This document shows, piece after piece, positions 22,814 to 34,010 of a stretch of 64,000 nt of DNA. Origin of the DNA: Heterodontus francisci (Eukaryota); the NCBI RefSeq assembly GCF_036365525.1, contig NC_090404.1, positions 3,534,001 to 3,598,000 on the forward strand, given 5' to 3'. The notes beneath the pieces are model-generated. The model was not told the DNA's origin, searched no databases, and was given only the letters and a program-made list of their open reading frames with translations. Within the stretch, counting starts at the first letter, position 1, and each line of letters opens with the position of its first letter. Both the position numbers and the translations under genes were made by a program.

Positions 22814-25704
22814 TTTGGGAGGGGGATGGGAACCGGACTTGTAATCCAGGGACCAGTGGGTCCACTCAGAAAGACAAAGAGTGTAGTGAGGTATTGGGGA
22901 AGGTAGCACTGTCGCAGAGGACAGATGGGCACGGAGAAGGGTTAAAGTGCGTATACTTCAACGCAAGAAGCATCAGGAATAAGGTGAGTGAATTGAAGGC
23001 GTGGATGGGCACTTGGGACTACGATGTTGTGGCCATCACTGAAACGTGGATAGGTGAGGGGGAGGAATGGTTTTTGGAGGTACCTGGTTATAGATGTTTT
23101 CATAAGATTAGGAATGGTGGTAAAAGAGGTGGGGGGGTGGCATTGTTAGTTAGAAATAGTGTAACAACTGCTGAAAGAATTTTCGAGGAGGATCTGCCGA
23201 CTGAGGCACTGTGGGTTGAGGTCAGGAACAGGAAAGGAGCAGTCACCTTGATGGGAGTTTTCTATAGGCCCCCCAATAGCAGCAGGGAGGTGGAAGAGCA
23301 GATTGGGAAACAGATTTTGGAAAGGAGCAGAAGTCACAGGGTAGTAATTATGGGGGATTTCAACTTCCCAAATATTGATTGGCAACTCTTTAGATCGAAT
23401 AGTTTGGATGGGGTAGTGTTTGTGCAGTATGTCCAGGAAGCTTTTCTGACTCAGTATGTAGACTGCCCGACCAGAGGGGAGGCAATATTGGATTTGGTAC
23501 TAGGTAATGAACCAGGGCAAGTGATAGAGCTGTTGGTGGGCGAGCACTTTGGAGATAGTGATCACAATTCTGTAGCATTCACTGTGGTAATGGAGAGGGA
23601 TAGGTATGTGCAACAGGGCAAGGTTTACAATTGGGGGAAGGGTAGATATGATGCTGTCAGGCAGGAACTGAGGAGCATAAGTTGGGAGCATATGCTGGCA
23701 GGGAAGGGCACGGTCGAAATGTGGAACTTTTTCAAGGAGCAGATAGTAGGGGCCATTGATAAGCATGTCCCTGTCAGACAGGGAAGGGATGGTCATGTGA
23801 GGGAACCGTGGTTGACAAGAGAGGTTGAGAGTCTTGTTAGGAAGAAGAAGGATGCGTATATAAAGTTGAGGAAAAAGGGCACAGGCATAGCTCTGGAGGG
23901 ATACAAGATGGCCAGGAAGGATCTGAAGAAAGGGATTAGGAGAGCTAAGAGAGGGCATGAAAAATGCTTGGCGGGTAGGATAAAAGAAAACCCCAAGGCC
24001 TTTTATGCGTATGTCAGAAATATGAGGATGACTAGGGGGACCATAGGTCCGGTCAAGGACAATAGCGGGAGACTGTGTGTTGAGCCGGAAGAGATAAGTG
24101 AGGTTTTGAATGAGTACTTCTCTTCGGTATTTACGAATGAGAAGGGGTGTATTACTGAAGAGGACGGTGTGAAACAGACTGGTAAGCTCGAGGAAGTGCT
24201 CGTTAGGAGGGAAGATGTGTTGGGGTTTTTGAATAACTTGAAGATAGACAAGTCTCCCGGGCCTGACGGGGTATATCCAAGGATGTTATGGGAAGCAAGG
24301 GATGAAATTGCAGAGCCGCTGGCAATGATCTTTTCATCTTCTCTGCTGACGGGGGTGGTACCAGGTGATTGGAGGGTGGCAAATGTTGTGCCCCTGTTCA
24401 AGAAAGGGAATAGGAACAACCCTGGGAATTACAGGCCAGTTAGTCTTACTTCGGTGGTAGGCAAGTTGATGGAAAAGGTGCTGAGGGATAGGATTTCTGA
24501 GCATCTGGAAAGACACTGCTTGATTCGGGACAGTCAGCACGGTTTTGTGAGGGGTAGGTCTTGCCTCACAAGCCTGATTGAATTCTTTGAGCAGGTGACC
24601 AAGCAAGTGGATGAGGGTAAACCAGTGGATGTGGTGTACATGGATTTTAGTAAGGCATTTGATAAGGTCCCCCATGGTAGACTTATGGAGAAAGTCAGGA
24701 GGCATGGGATAGTGGGGAATGTGGCCAGTTGGATTAAGAATTGGCTAACTGATAGAAGGCAGAGAGTGGTCTTAGATGGTAAATACTCAGCCTGGAGCCC
24801 AGTTACCAGTGGCGTGCCGCAGGGATCAGTTCTGGGTCCTCTCCTGTTTGTGATTTTTATTAACGACTTGGATGAGGAAGTCGAAGGGTGGGTCAGTAAA
24901 TTTGCAGATGATACAAAGGTTGGTGGAGTTGTGGATACCGAGGAGGGCTATTGTCGTCTGCAAAGGGACTTGGATAGGTTGCAGTGCTGGGCTGAAAAGT
25001 GGCAGATGGAGTTTAACCCTGAAAAGTGTGAGGTCGTCCATTTTGGAAGGACAAACATGAATGCAAAATACTGGGTTAACGGTAGGGTTCTTGGGCATGT
25101 GGAGGAGCAGAGAGACCTTGGGGTCTATGTGCATAGATCATTGAAAGTTGCAACTCAAGTGGATAGGGCTGTGAAGAAGGCATATGGGGTGTTAGCGTTC
25201 ATTAGCAGAGGGATTGAATTTAAGAGCCGTGAGGTGATGATGCAGCTGTACAGGACCTTGGTAAGGCCTCATTTGGAGTACTGTGTGCAGTTCTGGTCGC
25301 CTCATTTTAGGAAGGATGTGGAAGCCTTGGAGAGGGTGCAGAGGAGATTTACCAGGATGTTGCCTGGAATGGAGAATAAGTCTTACGAGGAAAGGCTGAA
25401 CATTCTAGGCCTCTTCTCATTAGAAAGGAGAAGGATGAGGGGTGACATGATAGAGGTTTATAAGATGATCAGGGGAATAGATAGGGTAGACAGTCAGAAA
25501 CTTTTTCCCCGGGTGGAGCAAAGCATTACAAGGGGTCATAAATTTAAGGTGAAGGGTGGGAGATATAAGGGGGATGTCAGGGGAAGGTTCTTTACCCAGA
25601 GAGTGGTCGAGGCATGGAATGCCTTGCCCGGGGAAGTTGTTGAGTCAGAAACTTTAGGGACTTTCAAAAGGCTTTTGGATAGGTATATGGATAAAGGAGA
25701 ATGA
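22801..25704 (+). CDS. CR1 ORF2: APE endonuclease plus reverse transcriptase
   Basis: YFNARS, ITETW, MGDFN, SDH (EN); [27 protein letters not shown] (RT). Frame open from 22789; the track start at 22894 is TTG and the first ATG is at 23005. Confidence 0.95.
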   Translation, partial: GFKLVWEGDGNRTCNPGTSGSTQKDKECSEVLGKVALSQRTDGHGEGLKCVYFNARSIRNKVSELKAWMGTWDYDVVAITETWIGEGEEWFLEVPGYRCFHKIRNGGKRGGGVALLVRNSVTTAERIFEEDLPTEALWVEVRNRKGAVTLMGVFYRPPNSSREVEEQIGKQILERSRSHRVVIMGDFNFPNIDWQLFRSNSLDGVVFVQYVQEAFLTQYVDCPTRGEAILDLVLGNEPGQVIELLVGEHFGDSDHNSVAFTVVMERDRYVQQGKVYNWGKGRYDAVRQELRSISWEHMLAGKGTVEMWNFFKEQIVGAIDKHVPVRQGRDGHVREPWLTREVESLVRKKKDAYIKLRKKGTGIALEGYKMARKDLKKGIRRAKRGHEKCLAGRIKENPKAFYAYVRNMRMTRGTIGPVKDNSGRLCVEPEEISEVLNEYFSSVFTNEKGCITEEDGVKQTGKLEEVLVRREDVLGFLNNLKIDKSPGPDGVYPRMLWEARDEIAEPLAMIFSSSLLTGVVPGDWRVANVVPLFKKGNRNNPGNYRPVSLTSVVGKLMEKVLRDRISEHLERHCLIRDSQHGFVRGRSCLTSLIEFFEQVTKQVDEGKPVDVVYMDFSKAFDKVPHGRLMEKVRRHGIVGNVASWIKNWLTDRRQRVVLDGKYSAWSPVTSGVPQGSVLGPLLFVIFINDLDEEVEGWVSKFADDTKVGGVVDTEEGYCRLQRDLDRLQCWAEKWQMEFNPEKCEVVHFGRTNMNAKYWVNGRVLGHVEEQRDLGVYVHRSLKVATQVDRAVKKAYGVLAFISRGIEFKSREVMMQLYRTLVRPHLEYCVQFWSPHFRKDVEALERVQRRFTRMLPGMENKSYEERLNILGLFSLERRRMRGDMIEVYKMIRGIDRVDSQKLFPRVEQSITRGHKFKVKGGRYKGDVRGRFFTQRVVEAWNALPGEVVESETLGTFKRLLDRYMDKGE

Positions 25705-25812
25705 TGGGGTATAGATTAAATTGTCCTTGACAGAGGACAAAGGATCGGCACAACATTGTGGGCCGAAGGGCCTGTTCTGTGCTGTATGTTCTATGTTCTA
25801 TGTTCTATGTTC

Positions 25813-26262
25813 TATGATTGGTTTGCACGTGTTTTAAATCCAGGTCTCCCATTCCTCCTGATTCTGTTGCTCAATGCTCTGACCGTCAGACACATCCTAG
25901 CGGCCAGTAGAGGTCGCAGGAGACTCCGGGCTCTCAGCAATGGAGTTGCTCAGAGTGACCCAGAGTTGGAGAATAGGAGAAAGTCCATTGTTTTACTCTT
26001 CGCCATCTCGGGGAGCTTCGTCCTGTTGTGGATGACGTATGTTGTAAATTTCCTGTATGTAAAAATCACAAAAGAATCTTATTTCGGAGGTTCCAATTTC
26101 AATGACTCAAAGTTCATTCTCCAAGAGAGTGGAAACATGCTTCAGCTCTTGAGCTGTTGCACCAACACGTGTATTTATGCAGTGACCCAGAGAAAATTCA
26201 GAGAGGAGTTGATGAATGCGGCAAAATATCTTGGGAATCGAATTGTTAAATTCGTAAACTAG
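25813..26262 (+). pseudogene. GPR139-like paralog B, exon 2, 3' part (TM5-TM7)
   Basis: YDWFARVLNPGLPFLLILLLNALTVRHIL...SDPELENRRKSIVLL...CCTNTCIY...*. The reconstituted gene is 978 nt, the same length as paralog C. Confidence 0.92.
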
Positions 26263-26419
26263 GAAAGCATTACATTTTGGTTTCAATTACTACACGCATT
26301 ATAACTTCTTGTCTTTCTTTTCTTCATCCTGACATGCCGGGATGAAATTGGCTTTTGGCAGCCGTTTAAAATGAACAAAACTTGCTGCCAGTTTTGCATC
26401 CGGCTGCACGTACCTGACA

Positions 26420-27120
26420 GGAGATGAAAATCAAATGAAATGTCAAGCCAGTTAGTTATCGTTAGGCTTGTGCTAGCAGTTCTTCAAGTCTACCCCAGCC
26501 CCCTTGACAGGTTTCCTGTTAAGAACAAAAGAATGCCGGACCGTATCAAACAACATGTCCCTTCCGCTGCTCGCAATGGCCAAGGTGCAGGCAGTACGGA
26601 AACAGCCGGTGCTTGCGAAACTCAAAGCACAGCGTCCAACATTAGACGTGATTCTGCGATGTGATAACATTTGCAATTACAGTGTGTGCAGAATTACGAT
26701 GAAAACCTATTTAATATTGTCAGTCGGGTTCGCAGTGTGGCACAGTTGCGCGTACTGGAAGCTACATAGATTAATACACAGGGCCCTGTTCTTTTCAGAT
26801 AGGAAGAACATATACACACATTGTGCCTGTTACAGCTAACCAAAGTAAGTGACACTCATTTGTGACGGTTCATCCTTCAGGGCAATGCCTTGACCAATCA
26901 GAGTCAAGTGCTTGGTTTAAATTTCAAACAAAGCTTGGCAGTTAGCTGTCAGTCACCATAAATGGGTGCATTCTCCATGCCACTGCCTCTACCAATCCTG
27001 GTCCACTTGCCAAACAATCCGCACTCCCTTCTTAAACGGTATAAATGTGTCATTTCCCTTACATTGGTATTCTGTCGATGTGTCCTGATGAATGCAAGAC
27101 GAAAAGCTTCGACAAAAAGT
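26420..27120 (+). mobile_element. Penelope-like element 3' fragment (GIY-YIG region remnant)
   Basis: RIKQHVP motif and a downstream ctgatgaatgcaagacgaaagc terminal-repeat-like sequence. Confidence 0.5.
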
Positions 27121-27829
27121 CTCTATTTTCAGCAATACTCAAGTTCTGCACTACAAAACGACTCTTGACAAAATAATTGGGAGCATGGATAGGCCATTCA
27201 GGTACTCGCCCTGCTCCGCCATTTAATAAAATCATGACTGAACATCTATATCAAAGCCACTATGTCGCCAGGCCTCAGACCCTTGGTTCCCATAGTGCCC
27301 AAAATCTATCACTTTCACTCTTTACTGCACTCAATGACTGAATATTTCAGCCCTCTGAAATACCGAATTCCCAAGATTCACAACTCTCGGTGTGCAGACA
27401 TTTCTCCTCATCTCAGTTCTAAATGTCCTGAAACGATGATCGTTAGTTCTACACTCTGTAGTCGGGAAACATCCTTTCAGTGTCTACCCTGTCAAGCCTG
27501 TTAAGAATTGTTTTCCGTTTCATTGAGATAACCTCTCATTTTTTGAAACTGCTGCGCATATAGCCCTCTTTTATTCAATATTTGTCCGCTCTCTCTCTTT
27601 GGCACAAGGCAGCTATTTCCCCGCTTCCTCTGTGTTAAACCTCGGGATACCAAAGGGTAGTGTAAAACGATTTGCTCGATATTCAGGTCAGTAAAGCTCG
27701 CAAAGGAGCTCGAAAAATGAAATATATTCTTTGGTGCTTTATGTTTACCTGGATGATTGAACTATTTGAAATGAGCGTGCTAACCCTTTTGTAAAAACAA
27801 TTAACACACCAATGTTAGAGTTAGAGTTA

Positions 27830-29030
27830 TGTGCGGAAGTAACCAGCGGAATAGATAAGGGGGGCCCAGTGGATGTGGTGTATTTGGAGTTTCCTAAGAC
27901 TTTCAATAAGGTCCCACACAGGAGTTTAGTGAGCAAAAATGGAGCATGGATTGAGAATTGGTTAACAAAAAAAAACAGTGAATAGGAATAAGCAGGTCAT
28001 TCTCTGGTTGGCAGGCTGTGACTAATTGGGTGCCACAAGGATCAGTGCTTGTGCGCCAGCTATTCACAATCTACAACAATGATTCGGATGTGGGGACCAA
28101 ATGCAATATTTTCAAATTTGCTGATGACACAAAACTAAGTGGCAACGTGATTTGTGAGGAGGATGCAAAGAGGCTTCAAGAGGATTTAAACTGGCTAAGT
28201 GAGTGGGCAAGATTATGGCAGAAGGAACATAATGTGGAAAAATGTGAAGTTGTCCACTTCGTTAGAAAAAAAACATAAATGCAGAGTATTTCATAAATGA
28301 TGAAAGATTGGGACGTGTCCATGTCCAAAGGGATATGTGTGTCGTTGTTCATAAGTTACTGAAAGCTGACATGCAGATACAACAAGCAATTAGGAAAACA
28401 AATGATATGTTGGCCTTTATTGCAAGAGGATTTGAGTACTGGAGTAAATAAGTCTTTCTGCAATTGTATAGAGCCTTGGTGAGACCGCACCTCGAGTATT
28501 GTGTACAGTTTTAATCACCTTATCAAAGGGTGGACATACTTTCCATAGAGGGAGCGCAATGGAGTTCCACCTGATAGATCCATGGGATTCCAGGATTGTC
28601 CTCTGAGGAGACTGCGCCTATATTCCCTGGAGTTTAGAAGAATCAGAGGTCATCTCATTGAAGCATACATAATTCTTACAGCATTCGACAAGGTAGATGC
28701 AAGAAGGATGTTTCCCCTGGCTGATGGATCTAGAACCAGGGGATACTGTCTCAGAATAAGAGGTAGTCCATTCAGGACTGAGATGAGGAGGAATTTCTTC
28801 ACGCAGAGGGTGGTGAATCTTTGGCAATCTCAACCCCAGAGGGCTGTGGAGGATCAGTCATTGAGCATACTCATGACAGAGATCGATAGATTGCTAGATA
28901 TTAATGATATCAAGGGATATGGTCATAGTGCGGGAAAATGGCGTTGAGGTAAAAGATGAACCAGGATCTAGTTGAATGGAGGAGCAGGCTCGAGGGGCCG
29001 AGAGGTATACTACTGCTCACATTTTCTCTG
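27830..29030 (+). mobile_element. Decayed CR1 LINE
   Basis: VPQGSVL, KFADDTKL, RTEMRRNFFTQRVVNLW. Confidence 0.85.
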
Positions 29031-29369
29031 TTACTATATTCAATGTATAGATGTCAAGAACAAACTTCACCTTCAGAAAATCTGCCCTCCTCTTACTGTT
29101 CCAAATTCCACTATATGCTCCTGAAACTCTATATTGAGCTTTTATGCAGATCTGCCAATATTCTTACGAGTATAGGTTACCCCAAAATAGTGCCATATCT
29201 GGAGAGGTTCCAAGCGATTACACGTTGTGTAGAGTCAGGCTGTCACATTGAAAAGGCAGGGAGAGCTTGTTGTATGGGTTTCTCGTAGTCTGGTAACGTT
29301 GTGTGTCCGAGAACATGTAATAAAGCACGCTGTCAGATACCTGGGAGTAGTGAATGATTCCGCCTAGTC

Positions 29370-30710
29370 CTTCTGGAGCCGAAGTCCAGCCTTCACATTG
29401 AGGATACTCTCCATCGTTTTCTGTGCATTACCACCGTGCTAAATGGGATGTATTTCGAACAGATCTAGCAATGCAAAACTGGACATCCTTGAGGCGCTGT
29501 GGGCCATCAGCAGCAGCAGAATTGTACTCAACCACAATCTGTAACCTCATGGTCCGGCATATCCCCCACTCTACCATTACCATCAAGCCAAGAGACCAAC
29601 CTCTGTTCAATGAAGTGTGCAGGAGGGCATGCCAGGAGCAGCACCAGGCATACTTCAAAATGAAGTGTCAACCTGGTGAAGCTACTACACAGGACTACCT
29701 ACGTGCAAAATTGTGTAAGCAGCATGCAGTAGACAGAGCTAAGCGATCCCATAACCAACGGATCAGATAAATGAACGGCAGTCCTGCCACATCCAGCCGT
29801 GAATGGTGTGGACAATTAAACAACTAACTGGAGGAGGTGGCTCCACAAATATCCCCATCCTCAATGATGGGGGAGCCCAGCACATCAGTGCGAAAGACAA
29901 GGCTGAAGCATTTGCAACAATCTTCAGCCAGAAGTGCTGAGTTGATGATCCATCTCGGCCTCCTCCTGAAGTCCCCAACATCACAGATGGCAGAATTTAG
30001 CCAATTCGACTCACTCCACGTAATATCAAGAAACGACTGAAGACACTGGATACTGCAAGGCTATAGGCCCTGATAATATTCCGGCAATAGTACTGAAGAC
30101 AGGTGCTCCAGAAATTGCTGCACCCCTAGCCAAGCTGTTCCAGTACAGCTTCATCATTGGCATCAACCCTGCAATGTGGAAAACGGCCCAGGTATGTCCT
30201 GGACACAAAAACAGGGCAAGTCCAACACAGCCAATTACCGTCCCATCAGTTTACTCTCAATCATCAGTAAAGTGTTGGAAGGTGTCATCGACAGTGCCAT
30301 CAAATGGCACTTGCTTAGCAATACCTGCTTAGTGATGTTCAGTTTGGGTTCTGCCAGGGCCACTCAGCTCCTGACGTCATTACAGCCTTGGTTTAAACAT
30401 GCACAAAAGAGCTGAACTAAAGCTGTGAGATGAGAGTGCCTGCCCTTGACATCAAGGCAGCATTTGACTGAGTATGGCATCAAGGAGCCCTGCAAAACTG
30501 AAGTCAATGGGAATCAGGGGGAATACTCTCCGCTGGTTGGAGTCATACCTCGCGCAAAGGAAGATGGTTTGGTTGTTGGAGGTCAATCACCTGAGCTCCA
30601 GGGCATAACTATAGGAGTTCCTCAGGGTCGTGTCCGAGGGCCAAGCATCTTCAGCTGCTTCATCAATGACCTTCCTTCATTCATAAGGTCAGAAGTGGGG
30701 ATGTTCGCTG
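29370..30710 (+). mobile_element. Decayed CR1/L2-group LINE (second lineage)
   Basis: NYRPISLLSIISK, GVPQG..GPSIFSCFINDLP. Similar to 6562-7850. Confidence 0.8.
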
Positions 30711-31724
30711 AGATGGTCATTGCCTGTGAATTCCACGGAGTTACAAAAGGCAACGGTTGCGATCTGAAATTTCTGTGTTCAATGTTGAGTCCAGAAGGTT
30801 GCAAAAGTGCTCTGAAGCTGTATCTGTCAGTTCCATATATTCGCCATCAGAGGGCAGTGGGAGGATGATTTCATTTTAATAAAAGCTGCGGATGCTGCGC
30901 ATGCTGGAGGTCTGAAAAAAAAAACACAAAGTGCTGGAAAAACTCAACAGGTCTGGCAGCATCCGTGGAGAGAGAAACGGAATTGATATTTCGAGTCGGA
31001 TATCACCGCCAGAGCTGCTGACTTTTGAAGCACTTTGTTTATATTTGGTATTATATCTTATTAGCAATGATTGAATTGTATTGTGTTCAGGCCGGATTTC
31101 AGAGTGAGCATATTGTTCATTAATTTAATGAAAAATTATTAAGGAAACAAATTCAGAAATAGAGGCATTACTTCGAAATTGATAACAATGCTTTATATTT
31201 CATTGTATTTTTGATAATAAGTTGTCAAGGTTATCTAAACTGTTTCGAAGAAGGGTCACTGACCCGAAACGTTAACTCTGCTTCTCTTTTCACAGATGCT
31301 GCCAGACCTGCTGAGTGGTTCCGGCATTTCTTGTTTTTATATCTAAACTGTTGACATGCTGTAAATACTAACATGAAAAGTTTACGTTCCATCCCTTTGG
31401 GAACGTATATAGGTTCAAACTTCAAAAAGGATGTTTTAAGACTGATATGAGGAAATTCCTTTTGTCACACAGGGAGTGATCAATGTGTGGAACAAAGTTT
31501 CAGTTAGAATGGAGGAGGGAGGTACACTAGAATCCGTACCTGCCTCAATGGAAGGCGAAAGTTCGGATCTCTCTGGATAACAGAGCCATGCCAAGAAGGA
31601 GGAAAGGTTGTTCTCATTTGCAGCTATCTTGTAAATTACCACTTAGCAGGAATTGGAAGAAATTACTGCACCTCATAATCACTAGTAGTCGTTATCGCAG
31701 AAACAGTGAGAAACACTGAATGTG

Positions 31725-32070
31725 AGTTCAGAGACAGAGCGAGCTCAGACAGAGTGAGAGTTGAAAGATAATGTGAGCTCAGAGACATTATGAGCTCAGA
31801 GACATTATGAGCTCAGAGACAGAGTGAGCTCAGAGAAGTTTGAAAGACAGTGTGAACTCAGAGACAGTCTGAGCTCCGAGAGAGTGAGAGTTGAAAGATA
31901 ATGTGAGCTCAGAGACATTATGAGCTCAGACAGAGCCAGAGTTCAAAGGCAACGTGAGCTCAGAGCCAGGGTAAGCTCAGAGAGAGTGAGAGTTGAAAGA
32001 CAGTGTGAACTCAGAGACAGTGTGAACTTAGAGACAGTGTGAGACTTCAAAGGCAGTGTGAGTTCACTGT
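31725..32070. repeat. Minisatellite, about 17-bp unit (gagctcagagacagtgt)
   Basis: Directly visible degenerate tandem copies upstream of the V3 promoter. Confidence 0.85.
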
Positions 32071-32279
32071 GTGAGCTGGTGTCAGTGAGGAACACTGAGT
32101 GTGAGCGGATGGGCTAATCCCAAGAATCGTTTTATTTCGTTACTTCGATAAGAAGAAGCTTCTGATTTTGATCTGAAGCGGGAGTTTGGCTCCTTGTTAA
32201 TTCTCGTGAATATAAAACCCTGTTTGTAACCCGACCTCCCTGTACAATTCTGTCATTCGCCATTTCATCTGATCCGATA

Positions 32280-32614
32280 ATGTTCCGGATTTACAGCGTT
32301 TCCCTGCTGTTTTACACTCTGATCGGCACGGAGGTGACCGGTGAAGATGAGGTGATGCAGCCGCCTCGGCGGGAGGTTGTTACTGAAGCGGGAATCGTCT
32401 CCATGAACTGCAGCATTACCGTTCCGTTCAGCGTCCTGCACTGGTACAGACAGCTCCCGAATCAGCCCCTCCAGCATCTGGTGATGGCGACACGCGGGGC
32501 CGAGCAACACGGGAGGATCACTGCTTCAATCCGGGGAGGCAACAAACTCAGTGCCCTGACTGTGAGAGACGCCCGAGTGACAGACACCGCCACCTATCTC
32601 TGTGCAATCAGGGC
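32280..32614 (+). CDS. TCR alpha/delta-type V gene segment, apparently intact (V3); leader and V in one exon
   Basis: MFRIYSVSLLFYTLIGTEVTG|EDEVMQ...MNCS...LHWYRQLP...LTVRDARVTDTATYLCAIR. Both Cys and the Trp present, TATAAAA at 32211, canonical RSS. Confidence 0.92.
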
Positions 32615-32653
32615 CACAGTGTAACAAACAGATGGAGAGTCCGTACAGAAACT
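32615..32653 (+). other. Canonical 23-bp-spacer RSS of V3
   Basis: CACAGTG - 23 nt - ACAGAAACT. Confidence 0.95.
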
Positions 32654-32875
32654 TGCAGCGAATGGGAGATCCGCTCTTCTGTGTTTAGAGTATCAATATT
32701 GCGAGCGAAACGGTTATAATAATCGATATTTATAGTGAATGGGATCAAAAATAGTACACAGAGGAGAGAGGTAATGAAAACAAGAAATATAGAGATTTGG
32801 AAACACACAGGAAGAACAGAGAGAAAGTGCGAATGAACAACGAGAGCGAGAAAGTAAAACATTTAACTAAATTGT

Positions 32876-33217
32876 ATAGTTTAGTTTAGAGATACAGCAC
32901 TGAAACAGGCCCTTTGGCCCACAGAGTCTGTGCCGACCATCAACCACCCATTTATTCTAATCCTACACTAATCCCATATTCCTACCACATCCCCACCTGT
33001 CCCTATCACCTACTTATACTAGGGGCAATTTATAATGGCCAATTTACCTATCAACCTGCAAGTCTTTTGGCTTGTGGGAGGAAACAGGAGCACCCGGAGA
33101 AAACCCACGCAGGCACAAGGAGAACTTGCAAACTCCACACAGGCAGTACCCAGAATTGAACCCGGGTACCTGGAGCTGTGAGGCTGCAGTGCTAACCACT
33201 GCGCCACTGTGCCGCCC
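32876..33217 (-). mobile_element. HE1-like SINE, full length
   Basis: Reverse complement starts gggcggcacagtggcgcagtgg, with tRNA A/B boxes and a (taaac)n tail. Confidence 0.85.
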
Positions 33218-33807
33218 CAGGATAGTATAGAGGATAGTAAATAAGGAAAATAAGGAAAGCGAAATGGAAAAAAAACGAAAAGCCGAGAGTAAATGTGAAA
33301 ATATAAAGGTAAGAGAAAGCCGTAACGAAAATGATTCAGCACTAAAGTGAAATGCCTTTTCCTTCCATCTCGGTCACATTTCCCTTACTCCTATTTAACA
33401 GTTGAGGAACAGGCCTCTCAATCGAAGACCGCAGGGGAACTTCCTTTACTTTGTCAATTACCCGGACTGTATAAGGTTTCCAGAGACCACCAGAGGGTTC
33501 CATGGTTACACGCTTTTCTCTTTTTTGTTGCCAACTAAAGCAATACCAGCTGGTTATACAATGGTCGCTGCATCTTCATATGTAACTGTCAATTTATTTG
33601 TCAGTCTATGTGGCTGGCTATCAGTCTGTGTGAAGAGCATTTATCTGCTAGTCTGAATATTTATCATAATTCTGTTTGCTTTTTAATCCAGCTGTTGGTC
33701 TATCTATGTATCTATGTGTCTGTCGGTCTGCCTACTTGTCTGTTTGTCTCTCTATTTGTTATATGTCTATTTGTCTGTTAATCTAATGTTGGTCTGTCAA
33801 TTTTCTT

Positions 33808-33862
<55 letters not shown>

Positions 33863-33871
33863 GTCTGTCTA
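33808..33871. repeat. (TCTA)n microsatellite
   Basis: Directly visible. Confidence 0.95.
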
Positions 33872-33971
33872 TGCGCCACTTCTCCTTTGACGTACGCAGT
33901 AATATTTTACAATGAAATACTATGATACCAGGGGTTCACTTTGACAGTCTCTCCTGTGCTGGAACACCTGC

Positions 33972-34010
33972 AGTTTTAGTATAAGCTCTTGACCTACCTA
34001 CATCACTGCG
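33972..34010 (-). other. 23-bp-spacer RSS of V4 (degenerate heptamer)
   Basis: Minus strand CGCAGTG - 23 nt - ACTAAAACT. Confidence 0.85.

Larger units (their letters stand above)
21965..25812 (+). mobile_element. Young CR1 LINE, slightly 5'-truncated, with open ORF1 remainder and intact ORF2
   Basis: Two uninterrupted ORFs, 3' UTR and (gttctat)n tail. Removing it restores the GPCR reading WTA|YDWF. Confidence 0.97.

Noticed and set aside
22279-25134. Many antisense ORFs over CR1 copies (also 47858-49462 and 62530-63443)
   Set aside because: Shadow ORFs of the LINE coding strand.
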